From: Catajapyx aquilonaris
Lineage: Eukaryota
Assembly (NCBI GenBank): GCA_000934665.2
Contig: JYFJ02003660.1
Coordinates: 1 to 39,090 of the forward strand
Reading direction: 5' to 3'
DNA: 39,090 nt
Shown: in pieces, positions 11,462 to 20,364 of the stretch
How the letters are laid out: the number at the start of each line of letters is the position of its first letter
How positions within the stretch are numbered: the first letter of the stretch is position 1
The notes under the pieces: generated by a model
What the model saw: the letters and a program-made list of their open reading frames with translations, nothing else
What the model was told of the DNA's origin: nothing
Databases searched by the model: none
Made by a program: the position numbers and the translations under genes

Positions 11462-13070
11462 GTGATGAATAATGAGAAGGATGCATGCATCAACAGAAAA
11501 GTTTGCGTATGCACCTACACAACAGGTTTCCCAGTTACAAGACAAGGGAGGAAGTACTGTGCATTGCATCTTCGCTTCTCTTGCTCAACTGGGTTACAGT
11601 AGTACCAACCTCAAGCCTGGCCTATGAGAATTCATGAAATTTCCACCAATATTTCTAGCTGTAGTACTAGCCAATATAACAGATATTATGTGCTCCTGCG
11701 TAACTTGTAGCCACACATAATAAAAAGTGTTGTATTCACTTTAAATATGGCCACTCAAAATATGGCATGATAAATGTACTTATACAATGCAGAACAACCA
11801 AAAACATTTTTCTACTGATTGCGCCTTATTTGGAGGGTACAATATCACTTGAAGATCCCTTTCACAGGAAGCTGAACAATAATATCTGGTAATAGCAGGG
11901 ACCTGATGAAAATCTGGGCTCTGCCATAACAGTATCTTATTCCATGGACATTCAGCATTAAGCTGGTAAGATAATTATACTGAATATAGATGGAACTATA
12001 GGGTAGTTCAGGTGGTGCACTAGGGGTCTTTGCATTTAATGCATGATAAAAAGGAGAAAAAAAAAACAATGGTACAGAGGATATTTATAATCAAGCCTAA
12101 TACACAAGCAGTTGCTTGTCATTTTATCCCAAACTAGGGCCTTTACTGGTTAATTCAGCCACTACACTTTGGCCGGGTTGTATGAATAAAAACTAGTGAT
12201 AATATCCCATTATGCATAAAAACTGACACCACAAAATCATACAATTTTCCTTAATTTGAGTAGACACATATCCATCATACCCTATGATTTATGTTGTGTA
12301 ATACTGAATGCCACTGATACCTATTCCAAATATGCATTCATTACACATTCCATCATAATCAGATATTGCCTCAGCCCTAAGGTTAGGTCATCGGGTAAAA
12401 TAACAATCCCTGCCTGCTTGCAAGTCAACATTGCTTGTGGAATCTCTCACTGGAAAAAAAAATAATCCACCTTGCACCACATGATTAATTAATCCTATCC
12501 CTGAGTTTCTTAAGAAATGGTTATGTAAATAAAATTATGTACCCATTTAACAGTTTGTTCAGACCTGCACAACACATTCCCCAAAACCAGGAGACTGCAG
12601 GTCCGTTGAACTGGCCCACTATTTATGTCACTCTTTGAGGGCAAGTTCAGCTTAAAAACAGAGTCTGGTGATTCACAAACCTCCAGACAGCTTTCCACAC
12701 TGGTAGTCCACCTTGGCACCACTCACCCTACGTGGAAAGACTTTAGCCACACCATCCTGCACTGTCCCCATGAATATTAATCCTGCATTTGCAGCCCCTC
12801 GATAACCTGTGGTGCAGAAGGCTGCAAGCCTAAAGCAGCAGCCAGTATGATTCAGCACACCAAGCCAATAGTGCCCTGGGCACCCAACAACCTTGAGGAG
12901 AAATTCTGCCGAGTGATATGGCAGTCTCAGCAACTTCCCCAAGGGCTGTGGAATGCCCCACTTTCCCTTTCTGCAAAGGTATGCTGACCACTGGACCCAT
13001 AACGCACCGACATATTTTTTTAGTCGGATTGAACGGGAAGAAGAGAGAACGGTGCACACCCGATACTCAC

Positions 13071-13420
13071 ACTGCCTTCTGTTGCTGGTTGGTGCACATC
13101 GATCACTCCAAATCAGCTGACCCTTCCCCTGACCTCCTCCTCCGATGACCGCACGGCCGACCCGCCTTCCTCGCGGGCACCCCCACCGACACCCGACCCC
13201 CCGTGCCCTATTTCGCCAATCCTGGAAGATCGGGGATGAAAGAACTCGGAAGGAAGACGGAAGCAGGACGACGAGAGCAGCTCATGCCCTTTTCCGACAA
13301 CCAACTCCTTCCAGTTCCAATACCGGCCGGCAGGTGGCAGCACCCTCACGGACGAATCTGCGTTCCTTCCGACAGAACCACGAAGGTCGACGACCAACAT
13401 TTACTTAATCTATTGTGACC
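13071..13420 (-). other. milt: Probable first (5' UTR) exon of milton; 5' boundary approximate
   Basis: GC/CpG-rich block ending in a consensus donor (GTGAGT at 13070-13065), upstream of the milton coding exons. Confidence 0.55.
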
Positions 13421-13900
13421 ACGATTGTGACAAATACCTGCGAATGCTCACATATTGGTGAAAAATCAAATTTGGCCAACTGATGTCTTCAAGTGTCAAT
13501 TAGTAAATAGCACGGTAAATAAATGTTCAATAACAGAAGGAATGGGGTGCGTCCATTTATGCGCTGTGTGAAAATCGACGTTATTTGTCTCCAAGTATCA
13601 TTTATGCATCATCTGAACAATTACAGGTGCCCATGGCAAGCTAATTACCATCACCGTACCCACAAATGCGCCGCAATATGACAACCTGTTGCAAAAACTG
13701 CGAAAATGTGCATCGCCCGCCATTTTTAATCACATGCACCCTACCCTTTCAATCGCCATGATATTAAATTCTCATCAACTAGTTTTTTACACGTTCCCTT
13801 TATTTTTAAACCACTTCTGTGAATTAATACGAGCGATTGTTATCGTGAGTTTTATAAACACAATCCGAGCAGAGGGTGCTAAATTGGCAAAGCCGACAGG
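13421..13900. promoter_or_regulatory. Shared divergent promoter region between milton (-) and the BTB-ZF gene (+)
   Basis: Lies between two outward-pointing GC-rich exons with GTGAGT donors (13070 minus, 14186 plus). CpG-rich relative to the flanks, with a YY1/Pho-type CCGCCATTTT near 13716. Confidence 0.55.
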
Positions 13901-14185
13901 GGCGATTGCTTTGTGTTGTGGAAAGAAGAAAGCTGCTGCTGGAGGAGAGTGGCGAAGAAGAAGAAGAGGAGGAGGAAGGAAGAAAAAGGGAGGGGGGCGG
14001 GGGAGGCCAGCAGCAGAGGGACCCTTGTGTTGTTTATTTTTTATGCATATTCCACCGGACATCATACCCCGCGACCACCAACACTATTTATTTCTTCCCC
14101 GCCGCCAGTGGCCCTCAGGTCCGCCCGCCTGCTCCTGCTGCCCACCCCTCCCCCGCTCCGTGGCCAGCGCTGATGGACTGAAACA
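13900..14185 (+). other. Probable first (5' UTR) exon of the BTB-ZF gene; start approximate; further candidate donors at 14567 and 14690
   Basis: Purine/GC-rich UTR-like sequence ending ACA|GTGAGT at 14186. AGG|GTGAGT at 14567 suggests an alternative leader. Confidence 0.5.
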
Positions 14186-15653
14186 GTGAGTGTTTTGCAC
14201 CCTTCGCTATATGCCTGCAAGACTTGGAAGGACAATGCAAATGTGTGGTGGCCTAATTTTTTTTTAAATCCCTCCCCCCCTCTTACTGTTTCTCTCTTTC
14301 CGTGCACCCCCCCACCTCCTCCCCTCCCCCGTTTTCTTTCACTCTTTACCGTTATTTGGACCAAGAATGGGGTTTTCATGAGCATTCAGTAACCTCCTCC
14401 TCTCTTTCCCTTCCCCCCATCCTGGCATTTTTTGTGTGTGCCTTGTTCTCTCTCTCTGACCTTGTTGTGCATGGGGACTGAGCTTAATGAGAGCCAAGTG
14501 CATTGACAGCAGAAGGGACTAGTTGACTCTTGGGTGTGTTTGCAGAGGTGCAGGGAGGGGAGAAGGGTGAGTGTCACACTCATTGCTGGCTGACAGGATC
14601 GTGGTGCTGTATAATGTCAGGATTTTTTTGAAGGTTTGGTCTGGAACTATCTGAAATTTGTGGCAGTGGAAGGAAGTGCACTTTTCGAGGTTAGGGTTGG
14701 CGGAGATTTAATTTCCTCTCATCGGAATTGACATTTCTAGTATCGGTATGTGTTTCGTGACACTTTCTAACCAGGTTATCATTTATCTGGACGTCATCGA
14801 CCATCTTGGAAAGTTTTAAAATGGAGCGTTGTGATTGCTCATATACTTGAATAATTAAGAAACTGGGACATCTAATGCATATTGACTCGAACGGGCTTCA
14901 CACATACCTGAAATTCTGCGAGCAAAATTTTCCCATAAACTGTTTCGATACGTCATTGTCCCGTTTTTACTGCTCACAAAATTGAAAAATATGAATGCAA
15001 AATTTTGCATCACATTAGGCCCCAAAAAATTTATGTCTACCATTTTTGTCCATTACTAAACTATCCACACAAAAAAATTCGTGTTGACCTTGACCTTCCA
15101 ATGGTGGAAAACAGGTACATGGCTTCCTCCGAACCTTGGCAACATTAACGACCCAAATATTAACCCAAAGGGACCATATTTAGTTTTAAAAATTATATTT
15201 AAGTAACTGCATCGTTAGGGGTTTAGCACCACCCCTTGGCAGGCACTTCCAAGTGGAGCAGGCATGCATTGCTGATGCAGTAGGCTTCAGTTCCATTACC
15301 AAGTATTCTTTGTAAGAAACTGCCTGTATGTCATCACTGGATGTGAACAGTCTGTGGTGAGGAGTGTTGCCAGTAATATGACATGACAGGTCAAGGGGCA
15401 CTATCCGACACTGCCATCAGTATGCGTTGCATCAAAAAGTAATTTTAAAGAAAAACACGGACGGTATTCCAAAGGCGGCTCCCATTGGAATTAATTACAC
15501 CCCTCTCTCCTCCCTGTGACCCCTCAGCTGTGACCCAAACTGCCATAGCCCACAGCATTTTTTAAAAAATTGCCCCCTCTCACAATTTTCAACAAATATG
15601 AAATTACACTGGTTCAGTTAGGGTTAAGTAAGGACACAGGAAATTAAGGCCCC

Positions 15654-15771
15654 TAGTCTGATGACCCCGGGTAAGCTATCCCGGGGGTAATCACCATGGC
15701 AGCATATGTAAAAGGATAGCAGTAAACAACCAGTTACCCCAGGGGGCAAGCTACCCCGGGTCACCAGACTA
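15654..15771. mobile_element. Small palindromic MITE-like element
   Basis: TAGTCTGATGACCCCGGGTAAGCT ... AGCTACCCCGGGTCACCAGACTA. Confidence 0.6.
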
Positions 15772-16080
15772 TATACCTAAAAGCAGTTGTCACTAGGCAA
15801 TAATTGTTACAAGGGCGGTACCAAAATGATTTACAATTTTTTTTTTGCCACAGACACAACGCCCATGCAGGTCGAAAAATAGGCACACATTATAGATATA
15901 GAATCCTCCTGGAGCAGAATTCACTGGCACTGGTCAACCTCTCCAGGCCTTCCAGGAACCACTTTCTGGTGGCACGGCGACCGACTCCCAGACAACTCTT
16001 CACAGTCAACAATGTCCTCGAAATGGCATCGGCGAAGGGACTTTTAAAATATATGTGAACAGATGAAAGTAATTGGAGGC

Positions 16081-16745
16081 AGGGGGCATGGTCTTCTAGA
16101 GGCTATTCTATTGGCCAGCCAAGCGGGAGGTCCGGGGTTCAAATCCTGTCTGCATCAGGGAGTCACCTTCGCTTGGTCGGGTCTTTTTCCCCTTTTCACC
16201 CAACATGTCCAGGCATCCCTTCTCTGCCCACGGCCAAGAGAAAACGGGGAGGTGCGGTGGCCGAGATGGTAATGTCTCGGCTTGCTGAGTGAAAGGTCCC
16301 AGGTTCGATCCCCGCCTGGGAGCTACCTTTCGCCTGCATCGGGAGGGTCTCTGACCTGCACCTTGGAGGTGTCTGACAACCTAACCACCTGGGGAACAGC
16401 ACATGGCCCAACGCTTGACATTACACTTGCACCCATGTTCCCTCCCCAACAATCCCTATCCTTTCCCAATGTCCTTGTTTCCTTGCACCTGGAGAATGAA
16501 GCCGGAAAATAATAGAAAACTGATGGTGGTGTGCGCCCCCCCGCCCCCCTATAGTTCCGGTAAAGGACATCATGGGGTAAACAAAACAAAACAAAACAAA
16601 AATAGGCCAAGAGAAAAGCTCTGGTATATTTAAGAGGGTCAGAAATGACTACTTCAGAACGTTGTCCCTTGCCACCCCCCCCCCCCCTCCCCCAAGAGGG
16701 CCCTGGCCCTATCACGGGGTATGACATAATAACAAACAAACAAAC
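16081..16745 (+). mobile_element. SINE family 'B' copy 2, interrupted by a family 'A' SINE; (CAAA)n tail
   Basis: B box GGTTCAAATCC. Both halves align to 5014-5318. Degenerate TSD AAAGTAATTGGAGGC (16066-16080) / AAAGTCACTAGAGGC (16746-16760). Confidence 0.8.
16246..16604 (+). mobile_element. SINE family 'A' copy 2, nested in SINE B
   Basis: A box TGGCCGAGATGG, B box GGTTCGATCCC, (CAAAA)n tail, perfect 13-bp TSD GGCCAAGAGAAAA at 16232-16244 and 16605-16617. Confidence 0.9.
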
Positions 16746-17481
16746 AAAGTCACTAGAGGCCAGTCCAGGGGAGTACAGTGGGTGTGGAAGCACTCAAAGC
16801 AAGATCCAAAGCAAAAATCCCTTCGCAGATGCCATTTTAAGGACATTGTTGATAGTTGCTGACTGAGCAGTTGTCTGGTAGTAGGTGTGTCGCACCTCCA
16901 AAAAGTAGTTCGTGGGGGACCTGGAGAAGTTGCTACACCCATGACTCCTGTGCATTCGGCTCCGGGAGGGTTCTGTCTGTGGATAGTGTGTGCCTTATGC
17001 CGACCTGCATGGTCCCTGTATTTTTGGCAAAAAAATTAATAATATTGTAAATCATTTTGGTATGCCCTGCGTATTATGAAGAGGACCTTGGAATTGATAA
17101 TGATTTTTTTGACAAAGTTGTGAATCTGCCATATGGAGTTAAAATATTCCACTGTACACAAGGGTGTTCTCATGAGGATAATAAAAATGTCAGTTACCGT
17201 GTTCGATAGGTTCCTCAATGTCAGACAAAAATTCAAACACATATCACTGCCAGGATTGCAAAGTATTTTTGCAGTAGACAAGTTTCTGCTATAGCTAGAG
17301 TCCACTATAGGATGGTTTCTGTCTGTGTGTGCATATGGGTAACATTTTGGCACTAAGCTGCTATTTTGAGGATAGTTATATTGTGGTCCAGAAAATCTTA
17401 CAGCACAAGTTAAGTTAAATTGAAGTATTATTTGACAACCTAACTGAAACATGGCTCCTCAATGTTGTGGACATGAATATA

Positions 17482-17763
17482 GGCAGGCCATGCTAACTTG
17501 CCATAGACGTTATCGTTTTGTTTACCAACTCCTAGTCAGCGGAAATCTGCCAAACTCTTACCCTTGGAACCTCCCACTTTTCCTGTTTCCATGAAGATGC
17601 CCTCACACAACAATAGGAGTAAACAGTGTCAACAAAAGGAACACTGTTTGTCGTTCTCAAAATTTGAAAAGTGGGAGGTTCCAGGAGTGTGTTTGGCAGA
17701 TTCCGTTGACTAGGAGTTGGTAAACAAAATGAGGATGTCAATGGCAAGTTAGTGTGGCCTGCC
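17482..17763. mobile_element. Fold-back MITE with ~100-bp inverted arms, flanked by TA(TA)
   Basis: GGCAGGCCATGCTAACTTGCCAT...TTTGTTTACCAACTCCTAGTCA...GGAACCTCCCACTTTTC versus GAAAAGTGGGAGGTTCC...TGACTAGGAGTTGGTAAACAAAA...ATGGCAAGTTAGTGTGGCCTGCC. Confidence 0.85.
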
Positions 17764-18040
17764 TATATTAATTCCACTTTATCCAGGGTTTCTTTACTCC
17801 TTTACTTTCTTTAATTCAGCATTTGAAAAAGGCACTGACTTGGAACATCAAATCAGAGCCTTTAATGAATTGTAAAATTAGTTTCTCTAGTTTAATGGTG
17901 TCCAACATAAAGGAAACTTGTTTCTTATGAAAAAAAAATCCAGAATGGAGGTACTGCTTTGTACAGGTTTCACTGTGCTATAAATAGTATAACAAATTGT
18001 AATGTAACTAGAGAGGATAATAATTTTTAATGCATTTCAG

Positions 18041-18097
18041 CTTCAAATGACATTTTTGTGCCCTGGTGCTTGGATTGGAACCTTGCAGACATATAAG
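18041..18097 (+). other. 57-nt 5' UTR exon of the BTB-ZF gene
   Basis: Acceptor catttcAG at 18039-18040, consensus donor AAG|GTAAGT at 18098, 76-nt intron to the ATG-containing exon (starts 18174). Confidence 0.7.
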
Positions 18098-18178
18098 GTA
18101 AGTAGTTCAATTGTAAAGGCTCATAATTAGACTCATTCCCCTGTAAAATGGTTATAACTTAAAACATTTACAGGAACA

Positions 18179-18364
18179 ATGGATCGAGAGCAGCAGTTTT
18201 GCCTGCGATGGAACAACTTCCAAGCCAACATTACGTCACAGTTTGAGGCATTACGAGATGAGGAAGATTTTGTTGATGTAACTCTGGCCTGCGAAGGGAA
18301 GCATTTAAAAGCGCACAAAGTGGTCCTCTCAGCATGCAGCCCATATTTTAAGGAATTATTCAAG
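18179..18364 (+). CDS. BTB/POZ-C2H2 zinc-finger transcription factor (Tramtrack/Broad-complex group, broad-like), coding exon 1: N-terminal half of BTB
   Basis: [62 protein letters not shown] has the ttk-type [16 protein letters not shown] and [13 protein letters not shown] motifs. Donor AAG|GTAATG at 18365, phase 0. Confidence 0.97.
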
Positions 18365-18773
18365 GTAATGTTGCCACGAGATTGATTGAAAGTGTTAAAT
18401 ACACTAGTGTGTAAATGAATTGAGATTTATATTAGTCTGGAAAGTTTTCAACAGTGTCCATTTTTTCTTTTACAATTGATTTGTTTCTAACTGTTGGGAG
18501 GTACGAAAATAAAATGGCACCAGATGAAATTAAAATGGCACCAGATGAAATTAATCATTCTCAAACCATTGCAGAAGTAAATGGCAGGTAGGGTGGAGGA
18601 TATGAATACTTAGCATTTTTACATTTTGAGGTCATAAGAGGAATACCCATTAGTGAGGGTTGAAAATATTGATGACAGAAAGAGTAAAGGAATATACTGT
18701 ATGACTAAACCAGGTCTGTTTTTAAGTTTACTGCTTTAGTTGATACTCATATTAATTTTTGCATTTCTTGTAG

Positions 18774-19313
18774 GGCAACCCATGCCAGCATCCCATAGTC
18801 TTCATGCGAGATGTGGAGTACCTGCATTTACTCAACCTCATGGAGTTTATGTACACAGGTGAAGTGAATGTGTCACAAACCCACCTGGCAGGCTTCTTGA
18901 AGACAGCAGAGGCTCTTCAGATCCGTGGACTGGCAGAAGCCTCACAACACAAGGAAGATAGCAGGACTGAGGAACAGCCTCCTAAGTCAGTGTCACCAAG
19001 GAGCACAGAAACAACACCACCCAGTGCTGCTTCAGGTAGCATGCCATACAACTTCTGGCAGGCATTCTCACAGTCGCTGTACAGCCAGCCTCGCATTCCT
19101 CCAATCCAAGAATTGAAAGAAGGTGGGCAGGATGAAGGTACATCTGTGGCAGATCCTCCTCCTGAGAAGAGGAGTCGGAATGATGCTGTGGAGGAGAGCC
19201 AGAACTCCTTCCATGATGATTTGTCTGCACCAGTCAAGAAGGAGGAGAGCATCGACTTCAGTGACAGTGATGAGTCTGAGGGAGTGGTGAAGAATACCTG
19301 TGATGCTTTGGAG
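18774..19313 (+). CDS. BTB-ZF coding exon 2: rest of BTB (GNPCQHPIVFMRDV...FMYTGEVNV...FLKTAEALQIRGL) plus low-complexity linker
   Basis: Acceptor ttcttgtAG at 18772-18773, in frame with exon 1, classic BTB C-terminal motifs, donor GAG|GTAAGG at 19314, 540 nt. Confidence 0.96.
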
Positions 19314-19877
19314 GTAAGGCTACATCACTATGTAGGACACTACGTTTTGCACATCAGTACAAAGAAATTATATTTGGTTAAACCTTGCACTTTCTGATAG
19401 AAATCTAAATGTGTTTCTGATTTCCATGGTTCCATATTGGTAACTGTAATGCCCAGTTTTATTGATCATTTTCCCATGGGATCAGATTGTGACAACAGAA
19501 TTGCCATGAAAACTGTTGAGCTTTATGAGCTTTGGAAGGTTCTACTCTGCCAAGTACAGGAGTGCCTGCCTTGGCATCCTGAGCCACCTGTTGCTGTGGG
19601 TCTAAAGGGGACTGTACGATGCGGGTGTCTTAGCACTAGTTTTAGTGTCAGTGTAAGGATCTGCCAATTGCCCTAAGTCTGTTTGTCTTTGTGCCAGAAT
19701 TACTATTGGTGGATCAGAACATTAAGACTAAAACTAGTTCTAAAACCACCTGTGGGGAGACCTCACTGCCATCTTGAGGTCTGAATGTGAATGAGAGAAC
19801 ATTTTTAATTAATTTTTTTTTCTCGATGTGTTGGTTATTGACCTTATTGTGAAATTGTAATTATGAATTTTTTTCAG

Positions 19878-20001
19878 GGGAAAGTGGATCCTTGCGACTA
19901 CATGGATGGAGATGATACTCATGAAGATGGAGCTAATGTGGAAAACAACTCACTTGATGCTTCTGGGTCATTGTCACCTGATCGACCTCAACACTCACAA
20001 A
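19878..20001 (+). CDS. BTB-ZF coding exon 3 (acidic linker GKVDPCDYMDGDDTHEDG...PQHSQ)
   Basis: Acceptor ttttttcAG at 19876-19877, open frame in phase 0, donor A|GTAAGT at 20002 (phase 1). Confidence 0.88.
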
Positions 20002-20277
20002 GTAAGTGGAAAAATTAAGCACAGGCTTATGTATCCTCATGATCCTCATTGGCTCTCTGATGCCTCATTGATGACTCATCCATACATTCAGGAATGCTAG
20101 AGGGCTGTAGAGCTAACAAATTTACAGAACTCCCAAGATATGATTATCAATATAGGCCTGGCCTTGTTAAATCAGCCTGTAAAGTGAGTTAAGCACCTTG
20201 TAGTCAGCTTAAAGTAGTCAGGCTGTGCTGTTCCCCATAATAGTGCTTAGAGCCCATAGTACAGTGTAATTTTGTAG

Positions 20278-20364
20278 GTATTGACATGATTGCAGGTTCT
20301 GCTGGTGATATCATTCCTGGTCCATCGCTTCTTGCTGGAGAGAGCGGTTTGGATACATCTGCAG
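20278..20364 (+). CDS. BTB-ZF coding exon 4, last common exon (SIDMIAGSAGDIIPGPSLLAGESGLDTSA)
   Basis: Acceptor ttttgtAG at 20276-20277 (an in-frame alternative starts at 20296). PGPS motif typical of ttk-group linkers. Donor CAG|GTAGGA at 20365, phase 1-1. Confidence 0.82.

Noticed and set aside
10252..11486. Poly-Leu, poly-Asn and poly-Tyr ORFs (similar ones at 4969-5252 and 28823-29134)
   Set aside because: Translations of SINE-tail microsatellites.
16246..16325. tRNA gene candidates (also ~10805-10880, ~11215-11285, ~29165-29235)
   Set aside because: A and B boxes are present, but each continues into a SINE body with a tail and usually a TSD; no clean cloverleaf.
18510..18551. 21-bp direct repeat (also a 7-bp x3 repeat near 1553-1575)
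   Set aside because: Simple local tandem duplication with no spacers; not CRISPR-like.
18179..19313. Assigning the symbol br (broad), ttk or fru
   Set aside because: The BTB is broad-like, but the fingers do not match those genes as I recall them; orthology needs a phylogeny.
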